Of a stretch of DNA of 64,000 bases, positions 33,675 to 44,864 are shown in pieces (position 1 is the stretch's first letter; every line of letters starts with the position of its first letter). Made by a program: the position numbers and the translations under genes. Origin of the DNA: an uncultured delta proteobacterium (GTDB lineage: Bacteria > Myxococcota > Myxococcia > Myxococcales > Myxococcaceae); contig CAVYSY010000047.1 in the NCBI GenBank assembly GCA_963771175.1, positions 32,001 through 96,000 on the forward strand, given 5' to 3'. The notes below the pieces were generated by a model that did not search any database, was not told where the DNA came from, and was given only the letters and a program-made list of their open reading frames with translations.

Positions 33675-36416
33675 TTGGAGTCCAAGCACACATCGGTCGG
33701 GTTGACGCTCGCCCTCACGGTGGCGCTGGCCGTGGGGCTGTCCCTTGCCCCCGTGCCGGAGGCGCTGCGCCCCCTCCCCAGCCTCGCCAAGGGGCCGGCC
33801 GTGCCGCAGCTCATCGCGCTCGTCACCACGTCGAGCGCCGCCTCCAAGCGCAAGGCCATTGGTGTCGAGCCCGACGCGGACAGAAACACCCCCGAGGTGC
33901 CCGTCCTCCCCGAGGAAGAAGAAGAGGCTCCCGAGCTGGCCGAGAACGGCACCTCCGACGCCGGGACACCGCTCCCAGCACCCGACGTCTCCACCGCCGT
34001 CTCCGATTCCCTGGGGCTGTCGGGCCTGGGCCCCACCACGCTCACCACCGCCCTGCGCATGGAGGCCCTGCGCGAGAAGATGGGCGCGAAGAACGTGGAC
34101 ATCGACCCGGGCTGCCGGCGCATGGGCGCCTCCGGGTGCGAGGAGAGCGGGCTGGCCCCCTTCTTCCAGGCGCTGGAGGCCCTGCGCGATGGCAGCCGCA
34201 CCCAGCCCGTCCGGGTCGAGCACCTGGGCGACTCGCTCATCGCCTCGGACCACATCAACGACGTGGTGCGCAACCGGCTGCAGGAGCGTCACGGCTCGGG
34301 CGGCAAGGGCTTCCTCTACGTCGACCGCCCCACCCGCTCCGGCCGCGGCGTGCGCGCCGGCCAGGCCTCCGAGGGCTGGGAGTTCATCCGCATCATCGAC
34401 CGCGCGCCCCCGAAGGACCGGCTGCCCTTCACCGGCGTGGCCTTCGTCGCTGGCGTCAAGGACCCCCAGGACGTGCGCTTCGCCGTCGAGGACGCGCGCA
34501 CCGCGGAGATCTTCTTCCTCGCGCAGCCGGGCGGGGGCACCGTGCAGGTCTCCGTGGACGGCAAGCCGCAGCAGCGCGTGCAGACGCGCTGGAGCCCGGC
34601 GGAGGTGGCCATCGCCAAGGTGAAGCTGCCGGCCGGGGCGAAGACGCTGTCGCTGAGGACGCGGGGCAAGGTGGAGCTGCACGGCGTCTCGCTGGAGAAC
34701 GGCAACCCGGGCGTGGTGTACGACACCATCGGCCTGCCGGGCGCCTACGCGGGCGTGTTCCTGCGCACGCACCGGCCCTACTTCCGCGCGCAGCTCCGCC
34801 AGCGCAAGCCGTCGCTGGTGGTGCTCATGTTCGGCGGCAACGAGGCCTTCCGCCTCTCGCGTGACTGGACGAAGCCGGAGGAGATTCGTCAGGAGGCGGA
34901 GCAGCTCGTGAAGCTGGTGCGCGAGTCCGTGCCGGAGGCCGCGTGCCTCGTCTGGTCTCCCATCGACGCGGCCGTGCGCACCCTCGGGGGCGAGCTGGTG
35001 CCGCGCCGGGGCTCGCGCATGGTGGCGGACATCTTCCGCGACGTGGCGAAGGAGGGCGGCTGCGCCTACTGGGACGCGCTCAGCGCCATGGGGGAGGAGG
35101 GCGCGGCCATCCGCTGGCTGTCCGCCGGCATGCTCAACGAGGACCTCATCCACCCGCGCGCGAGGGGCTCGGACCTGCTGGGCCACCTCTTCGACCTGGC
35201 CATTCAGCGCGCCTACGCCGCGAGCCACCCGCCGCGCGTCGCCACCGAGCCCCAGGGCTTCCAGCACGCCGACAAGTCCCTCACCACCACCCTCACGCGC
35301 CTGCTCGCGCTGGAGAAGGGCGAGAACACCCGGCTGGGCATCCTGCAGATGGGCGCCTCGCACACCGCCTCGCACTACTTCACGGACGCGATGCGCACCG
35401 CGCTGGCGAAGCGCTTCGGAGACGCCGGGCGCGGCTTCATCGCCGCGGGCAAGGAGTCGGACCGGCTGAAGCCCGCGGGTGTCGTGCGCGAGCTGACGGG
35501 GGAGTGGACGGTGGAGGACGCGCTGCAGGCCACCGAGCCCGGACAGGCCTGGGGCCTCAGCGGCATCCGCGCCGTGGGCGCTCCCGGGGCCTCGCTGCGC
35601 ATCCGCTTCTGCGACGGGTGCACCGCGGCCACCACGCCGCCCGCCCGGCTCTCGCTCTACTGGCTGGACGGCCCCGGCTCCGGGCAGATGGAGGTGAAGC
35701 TGGACGGCAACGCCCTGCCGCCCGAGCCGCCGCCGCCCGAGCCCTTCGCCACGCCCACGGTGCGCATCCGCTCCTTCCCCGTCACCGGCCCCGCCCATGA
35801 GGTGGAGGTGCTCAACCAGGGAGGCGGACCCCTCACCGTGCTGGGCGCGGCGCTGGACCTGGAGCAGCCCGGGGTGGCCTACGACGCGGTGGGCCTGCCG
35901 GGCTCCACCGCCTCCACCCTGGCCAGCATGGAGCCGCAGGCACTCGCCGCGCAGCTCTCCTCGCGCAAGCCCCAGCTCCTCGTCTTCTGGTACGGCACCA
36001 ACGAGAGCGGCCAGGCGGACCTGGACGCGGAGAAGCTGCGCGCCGAGTACGGTGCCCTCATCGCGCGCCTGAAGAAGGACGCGGGCGGCGCCGAGTGCCT
36101 CCTCATCGGCACCACCGACCGGCTGCAGCAGCGCGCGGACGGCGGGTGGGAGGAGGCTCCCGCGCTCGCCAGGGTGGTGAAGACGCTCCCCGAGGTGGCG
36201 CGCGAGCAGGGCTGCGCCTATTGGTCCGCGCGCGCGGCCATGGGCGGAGATCGCGGCATGCGGCGCTGGCAGCGGGACGGGCTCGGCCACACCGACGGCA
36301 TCCACCTGACGCCCGAGGGCTACGAGAAGCTCGCGGGCCTGTTCCTCTCCGACCTGCTCGCGGCCTACGAGACCTTCAAGGCCCATCCGCCAACGCTCAC
36401 CGCGGAGGGCGGCTGA
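33675..36416 (+). CDS. Membrane-anchored protein with two SGNH/GDSL hydrolase domains
   Basis: Domain 1: GDS, GGNE, DLIHP; domain 2: GASH, GTNE, DGIHL; N-terminal hydrophobic helix. Confidence 0.85.
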   Translation: MESKHTSVGLTLALTVALAVGLSLAPVPEALRPLPSLAKGPAVPQLIALVTTSSAASKRKAIGVEPDADRNTPEVPVLPEEEEEAPELAENGTSDAGTPLPAPDVSTAVSDSLGLSGLGPTTLTTALRMEALREKMGAKNVDIDPGCRRMGASGCEESGLAPFFQALEALRDGSRTQPVRVEHLGDSLIASDHINDVVRNRLQERHGSGGKGFLYVDRPTRSGRGVRAGQASEGWEFIRIIDRAPPKDRLPFTGVAFVAGVKDPQDVRFAVEDARTAEIFFLAQPGGGTVQVSVDGKPQQRVQTRWSPAEVAIAKVKLPAGAKTLSLRTRGKVELHGVSLENGNPGVVYDTIGLPGAYAGVFLRTHRPYFRAQLRQRKPSLVVLMFGGNEAFRLSRDWTKPEEIRQEAEQLVKLVRESVPEAACLVWSPIDAAVRTLGGELVPRRGSRMVADIFRDVAKEGGCAYWDALSAMGEEGAAIRWLSAGMLNEDLIHPRARGSDLLGHLFDLAIQRAYAASHPPRVATEPQGFQHADKSLTTTLTRLLALEKGENTRLGILQMGASHTASHYFTDAMRTALAKRFGDAGRGFIAAGKESDRLKPAGVVRELTGEWTVEDALQATEPGQAWGLSGIRAVGAPGASLRIRFCDGCTAATTPPARLSLYWLDGPGSGQMEVKLDGNALPPEPPPPEPFATPTVRIRSFPVTGPAHEVEVLNQGGGPLTVLGAALDLEQPGVAYDAVGLPGSTASTLASMEPQALAAQLSSRKPQLLVFWYGTNESGQADLDAEKLRAEYGALIARLKKDAGGAECLLIGTTDRLQQRADGGWEEAPALARVVKTLPEVAREQGCAYWSARAAMGGDRGMRRWQRDGLGHTDGIHLTPEGYEKLAGLFLSDLLAAYETFKAHPPTLTAEGG

Positions 36417-36417
36417 C

Positions 36418-37842
36418 GTGTACTTCCACAGCCCTCAGTTCATCTTCTTCCTCACCGTCACCTTCGCCCTGTACTGGGCGCTGCACCGCTACAAGTGGCC
36501 CCGGCTGGGCGTGCTGATGGTGGCGAGCGTCATCTTCTACGCGATGTGGACGCCGCTGCCGCTGGTGCTCTTCGTGGTGGCCACGGGCATCAACCACCTG
36601 TGCATCAAGGGCTTCCGGCGCTCGCAATCGCCCGGGGTGCGCAAGGCGCTGGTGACGGTGTCCATCGTCAGCACGCTCGGGGTGCTGTGCACCTTCAAGT
36701 ACGCGGACCTGTTCCGCGAGACGGCGGTGGTGCTGCTGGGCCCGCTGGGCATCCACGTGCGCACCGAGCCCTACGGGCTGCTGCTGCCGGTGGGCCTGTC
36801 CTTCTTCACCTTCCAGGCCATCAGCTACGTGGTGGACAGCTACCGGGGGCAGATTTCGAAGGAGCACACCTACTTCGAGCACCTGCTCTACCTGCTCTTC
36901 TTCCCGCACCTGGTGGCGGGCCCCATCGTGCGCGCCTCGCACCTCATCGAGCGCTTCGACGACACGCCCTCGCTGACGTCCGCGGAGGGTGGCCGAGGCC
37001 TGTACCGCATCGCGGTGGGCATGGTGAAGAAACTGGTCATCGCGGACGTGCTGGGCTCGGGCCTGGTGGACCCCGTCTTCGCATCGCCGGAGGCGTACAC
37101 CTCGGCCGAGTGCCTCGTGGCGGCGGTGGCCTACAGCTTCGAGCTCTACTTCGACTTCTCGGCGTACTCGGACATCGCCATCGGCACGGCGGCGCTCTTC
37201 GGCTTCAAGTTCGAGGAGAACTTCAACCGCCCCTACCTGGCGACGAACCTCTTCGACTTCTGGGGCCGCTGGCACATCAGCCTGTCGAACTGGCTGCGCG
37301 ACTACCTCTACCGGCCGATGGGCGGCAACCGGGTCTCCAAGCCTCGGGCGCTCTTCAACCTGATGGTGACGATGGGGCTGGGCGGCCTGTGGCACGGGGC
37401 GGACTGGCGCTTCGCCATCTGGGGCCTCGCACACGGAGCGATGGAGTGCGTCATCCGCGTGTGGTGGTGGATGACGGGCAAGCCGCCAAAGGAAGGCCCC
37501 ATGGCGAAGGTGCGCGCGGGGCTCGGCTGGGCGGCCACGTTCGCGGTGGTGGTGCTCACCCGCGTCATCTTCCGCTCGCCGACGCTGGCGCACGCGGGGG
37601 AGATGTACGCGCGGATGTTCGAGGGCAGCATGGGGTTCGCCAACGTGAGCACCCTCGTCTGGGCGATTCTGGCCGTGGCGGCGGTGAGCCATGTGCTGCC
37701 GCTGCGCTTCTTCTTCCAGGCGGGCGACCTCTTCGTGAAGCTGCCCGTGCCGGTGCGCGCGGTGGTGCTGGTGGCCATCGGCCTGGGCGTGCGCCACCTG
37801 TCCTCGGTGGAGACCCGCCCGTACGTCTACTTCCAGTTCTGA
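36418..37842 (+). CDS. MBOAT O-acyltransferase (AlgI/PatA-like)
   Basis: LPVGLSFFTFQ, FFPHLVAGPI, YFDFSAYSD, ENFNRPY, FWGRWHISLS, GLWHG. Confidence 0.93.
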   Translation: MYFHSPQFIFFLTVTFALYWALHRYKWPRLGVLMVASVIFYAMWTPLPLVLFVVATGINHLCIKGFRRSQSPGVRKALVTVSIVSTLGVLCTFKYADLFRETAVVLLGPLGIHVRTEPYGLLLPVGLSFFTFQAISYVVDSYRGQISKEHTYFEHLLYLLFFPHLVAGPIVRASHLIERFDDTPSLTSAEGGRGLYRIAVGMVKKLVIADVLGSGLVDPVFASPEAYTSAECLVAAVAYSFELYFDFSAYSDIAIGTAALFGFKFEENFNRPYLATNLFDFWGRWHISLSNWLRDYLYRPMGGNRVSKPRALFNLMVTMGLGGLWHGADWRFAIWGLAHGAMECVIRVWWWMTGKPPKEGPMAKVRAGLGWAATFAVVVLTRVIFRSPTLAHAGEMYARMFEGSMGFANVSTLVWAILAVAAVSHVLPLRFFFQAGDLFVKLPVPVRAVVLVAIGLGVRHLSSVETRPYVYFQF

Positions 37843-37863
37843 GTCACCCGACCGGGGCGGCCC

Positions 37864-39111
37864 TCACGCCGCCCAGCGGCGCACGATGCGGTCCGTCGCC
37901 TCGGCCTGCGCCGAATCGGTCTGGACGTCCAGGCCCATGCCCCGGGCGCTGAAGCGGTGCACCGCCCCCTTCACCGGAGCCGAGCCCGAGCGCACCTCGT
38001 CCGCGTGCCACAGCTCGCCACCGCTGGCGAGCACGGCCTGCCGCATGCGCGCGTCGAACTCCGCCTCGGGCAGCAGCCGCATGTGCTCCACCAGCAGCTC
38101 CACGGTGGCGTCCGCATCGGGCCGCTGCGCCTCCGGGCCGGCGAGGCTGCGGAAGATCTCCGCGTGGCGGTGGGCCGGGAGGAAGGCGGCGTAACCGGGC
38201 CGCAGCACCGCCACCCCGGGCTCCGCCCGCTGGCCGGAGCGCGCGGGCTCCGGGCGGCGACTGGCCGGGAGCACGGACACCTCGACCACCCGGGGCGAGC
38301 CATCCACCGCCCCCAGGAAGGGCGGACGGCGATGGAGGTCGAGCAGCGCCGCCAGCCGGCCGGCGTGGCCGGCATGGCGCACGGTGAAGGAGCGGTGGCC
38401 CTCGACGCGCACCTCGCCCCAGGCCGGCAGGGCGGAGATGCCACCGGGGGCGATGGACTCCAGCGACACCTGCACCGGCTCGCCGAAGCGCGGCTGCCAC
38501 ATCAGCCGCTTCGAGGTGAGCCAGAAGCGGCCCGAGCACCGCAGGTGGAAGTAGAGGAGGAACGCGCCGCCCGCGACGAGCAGGGGGCCGGGGTGGCCGA
38601 GCCGCGCCATCCAGTGGCGATTGGTGAGGGTGAGCAGCGCGAACACCCACGAGCCGGGCCACGCGAGGAGGTGGCGCCATCCCTGCGCGCCCTCGAGCAG
38701 CACGGGCTCATCCCGCCCGGGCGGCTGGGGCACGGGCTCGCGCACCAGGGCCTCCAGGGAGCCGAGCACCTCCCCCAGGGACGCCCCACCCCGCCGGGTG
38801 AAGCGGGCGAGCCGCTTGCGCGCGAGCACCTCCAGCCGGGCCCGCCGCTGGCGCAGCGTCCGCGGGGACTTCCCCTCCTCACCCAGGGCCAGCAGCTCGA
38901 GGACGGGGGCCTCCAGCTCCCGCGCCTCCCGCAGCCGCTCCGCGTGCGCGCGCAACAGGCGCTTCCAGCGGGGCGAGCGCATCATCCGCGAGAGCTCGGC
39001 GTAGCATGCGAGGGCCGGGTCCAGGGCCCAGCGGGCGCCGCGTACCTCGGACACGGGACGCTCCTCCGCCGGAGGCGTGCCAGAGCCAGCGTGGGGGGTG
39101 GCCAGGGTCAT
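37864..39111 (-). CDS. Hypothetical membrane protein (2 TM, PH-like cytoplasmic segment)
   Basis: Long ORF with two hydrophobic segments followed by GRFWLTSKRLMWQP. Confidence 0.6.
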   Translation of the reverse strand: MTLATPHAGSGTPPAEERPVSEVRGARWALDPALACYAELSRMMRSPRWKRLLRAHAERLREARELEAPVLELLALGEEGKSPRTLRQRRARLEVLARKRLARFTRRGGASLGEVLGSLEALVREPVPQPPGRDEPVLLEGAQGWRHLLAWPGSWVFALLTLTNRHWMARLGHPGPLLVAGGAFLLYFHLRCSGRFWLTSKRLMWQPRFGEPVQVSLESIAPGGISALPAWGEVRVEGHRSFTVRHAGHAGRLAALLDLHRRPPFLGAVDGSPRVVEVSVLPASRRPEPARSGQRAEPGVAVLRPGYAAFLPAHRHAEIFRSLAGPEAQRPDADATVELLVEHMRLLPEAEFDARMRQAVLASGGELWHADEVRSGSAPVKGAVHRFSARGMGLDVQTDSAQAEATDRIVRRWAA

Positions 39112-39271
39112 GGCGGGAATCCTCTCGCGAAGGGTCCCCTCCCAAACTGCCCGCTCCCCGCGTTTGAATCCAAGTCACGAATTCCCATCGAGGGTGGGTG
39201 GATGGAGGAAGCACGAGGGAGCATACCCTTGCTTACCCGCCTCCCGCCAACCCGTCCATCGCCGGCTCACC

Positions 39272-40598
39272 TCAGACCCAGCGCCGCCGCATGCCCCCGT
39301 TCGTGGCCGGCTCGTATTGAAGGAGCGGCGGCGAGCGCGGCAGGTAGAAGATGAAGCGGGTGCCCTGGCCTGGCTCGCTCTCCACCTCGATGCGGCCGCC
39401 GTGGGACGTGATGATGCCGTGCACCACCGACAGCCCCAGCCCCGTGCCCTCTCCGGCCGGCTTGGTGGTGAAGAAGGGCTCGAAGAGGTGCCGCTTCGTC
39501 TCCTCGGACATGCCCGTGCCCGTGTCGCTCACCTCCACGCGCACTCCCTTCCCCTCGCTGCGCGTGGAGATGCGCACCACGCCGCCGGACGCGGTGGCCT
39601 GCCCCGCGTTGACCAGCAGGTTCACCAGCACCTGGACGATCTGCCGCGGGCGGCCCACCATCGTCCCCACCCCGCCCAGCTCCTTCTCCACCCGGCAGTG
39701 GCCGAGCTGGCCGTGCGCGATGCGCAGCGCCGTCTCCACCTCCGCATCGAGCTCGTATCCGGTATGGGCCTCGGGGTCCCCGCGCGCGAAGCGACGCAGG
39801 TCCGCGACGATGGCGTTCACCCGTTTGATGCCATCCAGCGTGGCCGGGAGCACGTCGTCCACGTACTCCTTCATCGCCTCGGACAGGTTCGGCTCGTCGC
39901 GCAAGCTCCCTGAGCATCGAGTGGACGTTGCTCGTCACGAAGCTCATCGGGTTGTTGATTTCGTGCGCCACGCCCGCCGCCAGCATGCCCAGGCTGGAGA
40001 GCTTCTCCTGCTCGAGGGCGCGCTGGTGCAACTGCTGAAGCTCCTGGTGGGCCTTCTCGAGCTGCTCGCGCTGCTCCACCACCTGCCCCAGCATCCCGCG
40101 CAGCAGCGTGGCCCGCTTCTCCAACACCAGGTAGGCGCAGCCGCACAACAGGACACAGGCCAGGGCCATCTCCAAGCCCCCGCCGGTGGACAGCGCCACG
40201 GAGATCACCGTCCCCAGGTAGAAGGCGATGCGCAGGAAGACCCAGCCATCCATCCCGTGGAACCAGAGCAGGTTGTAGGGGACGAAGATCCACACCAGTG
40301 GCGACCAGTGGGTGAGGACGCCCATCACCGAGACGCCCACCAGGTTGGCCAGCATCCGCGCCGTCTCCGCCCAGCCCCGGCCGACGCGGGTGGCGAGCCG
40401 CTCGACGATCAGCAGGTTGAACAGGGAGAGCCACAACCCGATGCCCAGCACGCCGAGCACCACGGGCCACCGTCCCCAGTACCAGAGGATGAGCGCCGCG
40501 TTGAACATGGCCGGGCCCAGGCCCGCCATGGCTTGCACGCCCTGATGTACCTGCTCTGGATCCGCCTCCGGAACGACCTGCTTCGGTTGAGCGTTCAT
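39272..40598 (-). CDS. Membrane sensor histidine kinase (frameshift near 39905)
   Basis: Several TM helices; EKLSSLGMLAAGVAHEINNP; QVLVNLLVNA, DTGTG, FEPFFTTK, GTGLGL. Confidence 0.9.
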
Positions 40599-40619
40599 GC
40601 CCGAGGAAAGGAGGGGCGC

Positions 40620-41000
40620 TCAGGGCCCCGAGGTGACGGGGCCCTGTCCCCCGAGGAGGGCCCGGACATCGGCGACGAGCCGCTCATCGTCCCAGGGCTT
40701 GCTGATGAAGTGGGAGATGACGCCGGCCCCCGCGCCGCTGGAGGACAGATCCGCGTGGCCCGAGATGAGCACCCGCACCGTCTTCGGCGCCATGCGCAAC
40801 ACCTGCCCGAGCAGCTCCAGTCCGTTCATTCCCCGCATGCGGAAGTCGGAGATGACCACGTCCGCCTCGAAGCTCGCGAGCTTCTGGATGGCCTCCTCGC
40901 CATTGAGCGCGACCTCGATGGAGAAGCCCTCACGCCGCAACAATCGGCGGAGCGCTCCGACCACATGTACTTCATCGTCGACGATGAGAATCCTGGGCAT
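40620..41000 (-). CDS. Single-domain response regulator
   Basis: ILIVDDE, VISDFRM, ISG, KPW. Confidence 0.9.
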   Translation of the reverse strand: MPRILIVDDEVHVVGALRRLLRREGFSIEVALNGEEAIQKLASFEADVVISDFRMRGMNGLELLGQVLRMAPKTVRVLISGHADLSSSGAGAGVISHFISKPWDDERLVADVRALLGGQGPVTSGP

Positions 41001-41122
41001 GGGGGCTCCGAGCCACGCCGGCACGTATGCTCCACGCTACATCAGATGCGGGAGGTCCTACAGACGGCGAGCCTCCTCCATTCAGGTTTGGACGGAACAT
41101 TCGGGGGCTCCCGGAATCCAAG

Positions 41123-41707
41123 CTACGAGTTCCCGGAGAACTCGGAGGCCAGCCGCAGCAGGTCTCGGAGGATGCGGCCGGTGGCGCCCCAGATGACGTG
41201 GGAGCCGTAGGTATAGAAGTCCACCTCGTACTCCACGCCCCGGACACTGCGCCGCTCGGTGCGGCGGAGGGTCGGATCCATCAGGGCCGCCAGCGGCACC
41301 TCGATGATGAACTCCACCTCGTCGGGGTTGGGCCGGTACTCCAGGCTGTTGGGGATGACACCCACGAAGGGCTGGATGCGGAACTCGGTGAGGGTGGGCA
41401 CCTCGTCCAGGGCGCCGAGCACGCGCACCCCGGACACGTCGATGCCCAACTCCTCCCGCGTCTCGCGCAGCGCGGTGTGCAGCGGGGTGGTGTCCTCCGC
41501 GTCTCGCGAGCCTCCTGGGAAGGAGTACTGACCGGCGTGGTGGCGCAGCGTGGAGGGGCGCTTGGTGAAGAGGATGTGGGGCGAACCCTCGCGCACGAGG
41601 AGGGGCACCAGCACCGCGGCCTCGCGCAACACGAGTCCGGGGAGGTTGACGGCCCGAGGGGGCCGGGAGGCCAACCGGGCCTCCAGCGCGTCGAAGAGGA
41701 TGTCCAC
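41123..41707 (-). CDS. Nudix hydrolase, CoA pyrophosphatase type
   Basis: AAVLVPL, HAGQYSFPGG, ALRETREELG, IWGATG; GTG start just after the uppP stop. Confidence 0.9.
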   Translation of the reverse strand: MDILFDALEARLASRPPRAVNLPGLVLREAAVLVPLLVREGSPHILFTKRPSTLRHHAGQYSFPGGSRDAEDTTPLHTALRETREELGIDVSGVRVLGALDEVPTLTEFRIQPFVGVIPNSLEYRPNPDEVEFIIEVPLAALMDPTLRRTERRSVRGVEYEVDFYTYGSHVIWGATGRILRDLLRLASEFSGNS

Positions 41708-41709
41708 GG

Positions 41710-42603
41710 CTACTCCGTCAGCTGCTTCTCCACGGGAATCTTCAGGGGCTTCGCCGGGGTGTCCACGTTCTCCACGCCGGACATCGGGCGGAGCACGTTC
41801 ATCTGGAGCAACACCAGCAGCACCACGCCCAGCACCACCCGGTAGACGATGAAGACGAGGGTGGAGCGGGTACGCAGATAGCTCAACAGCCAGGCGATGG
41901 CCGCCCATCCCGAGCCGAAGGCCACCACTGTCCCCACGACGAGGGCCACGGTGGAGGGCCGCTCGGTGGCCTCCAGCAGGTGCTTGAGCTCGAAGATGCC
42001 GGCGAGGGAGGTGGCGGGAATGGACAGCAGGAAGGAATAGCGCGCCGCGTCCTCGCGCCGCAGCCCCAGCGACAGGGCCCCGGTGAGGGTGGTGCCCGAG
42101 CGCGAGGAGCCGGGGATGAGGGCCAGCGCCTGCCACAGCCCCACGATGATGCCGTCCTGCCACCGCATGTCGGCCAGGGTGCGCTTGTGGGAGGCCCGGC
42201 GCTCCACGATGAAGAGGACGATGGCCAGGACGATGAGGCTGCCGGAGATGATGTAGAGCGAGCGCAGCGACGTCTCGATGGCCTTCTTGAAGGCGAGCCC
42301 GCAGATGCCGATGGGCAGGGTGCCCACGAGGACGAACCAGGCGAGGCGCGACTCGGTGGTGGCGAAGGGCTGGCGCTGGAGCAGCCCCTGGAAGAAGGCC
42401 TTGCCCAGGACGACGATGTCTCGCCGGAAATAGATGAGGACCGCGGCCACGGTGCCGAGCTGGATGATGGCGGAGTACGCCGCGCCCGGGTCCTGCCACC
42501 CGAGCAGCTCCGGGACGATGCGCAGGTGCGCGGTGGAGCTGATGGGCAGGAACTCGGTCAATCCCTGGACCAGCCCGAGAACGATGGCTTGAAGGAGGCT
42601 CAT
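41710..42603 (-). CDS. uppP: Undecaprenyl-diphosphate phosphatase (BacA)
   Basis: VQGLTEFLPISSTAHL, PGSSRSGTT, FLLSIP. Confidence 0.95.
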   Translation of the reverse strand: MSLLQAIVLGLVQGLTEFLPISSTAHLRIVPELLGWQDPGAAYSAIIQLGTVAAVLIYFRRDIVVLGKAFFQGLLQRQPFATTESRLAWFVLVGTLPIGICGLAFKKAIETSLRSLYIISGSLIVLAIVLFIVERRASHKRTLADMRWQDGIIVGLWQALALIPGSSRSGTTLTGALSLGLRREDAARYSFLLSIPATSLAGIFELKHLLEATERPSTVALVVGTVVAFGSGWAAIAWLLSYLRTRSTLVFIVYRVVLGVVLLVLLQMNVLRPMSGVENVDTPAKPLKIPVEKQLTE

Positions 42604-42683
42604 ACGGTGTGGGGAACTGGATGTATGCGCTACCCTCCGGGGCAGCAAGGGCCTTCGCAAGGCCCTGTCTTCCAGGAACGCCC

Positions 42684-43178
42684 ATGCCCCCTGCCCCGCT
42701 CTGTCCCTGCTCCTCCGGCCTGCGCTACCGCCAGTGCTGCGCCCGCTACCACAAGGGCGAGGCGGAAGCGCCGGACGCCGAGGCCCTGATGCGCTCGCGC
42801 TACAGCGCCTTCGCCCTGGGCGAGGTGGAGTACCTGTGGCGCACGCTGCACCCCGAGCACCCCGACCGCGCCAGGCCCAAGGACGAGCTGCTGCGCGAGC
42901 TGCGTGCGGTGGCCCGTGGCCACAAGTACCCGCGGCTGAACGTGCTGGACCGGTGGCTGCCGCCGGACACCACGGGCACGGCGCGGGTGCTCTTCCACGC
43001 TCGCGTCTTCGAGACGGGAAAGGATCGCTCCTTCGTGGAGCGCTCCGAGTTCCGGCACGACGGCACGGGCTGGCGCTACCTGTCCGGAGTGGCCCTGGCC
43101 CCGAGCGCGCTGCCCGTCCCGCCCGAGTCCCTCACCCTCGCGAACTTTCCCTCTCCTGGCGAGAAGGGCGCGGGGTGA
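42684..43178 (+). CDS. YchJ-family protein (SEC-C motif + NTF2-like)
   Basis: CPCSSG..Y..CC, ALMRSRYSAF, ERSEF, WRYLSG. Confidence 0.9.
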   Translation: MPPAPLCPCSSGLRYRQCCARYHKGEAEAPDAEALMRSRYSAFALGEVEYLWRTLHPEHPDRARPKDELLRELRAVARGHKYPRLNVLDRWLPPDTTGTARVLFHARVFETGKDRSFVERSEFRHDGTGWRYLSGVALAPSALPVPPESLTLANFPSPGEKGAG

Positions 43179-43190
43179 GGAGCCCCGCTC

Positions 43191-44744
<1,554 letters not shown>

Positions 44745-44864
44745 CGAGGGACATCCTCCCTGGGGGAAGATGCGGACCCCGTGTCGACTGACAACCACTC
44801 GGCGAGGGATGGAAGACGGGCCGGAGGGCGCTCGCCCGCCGCTCCCCTCCCCTGGCGGTCGTGC

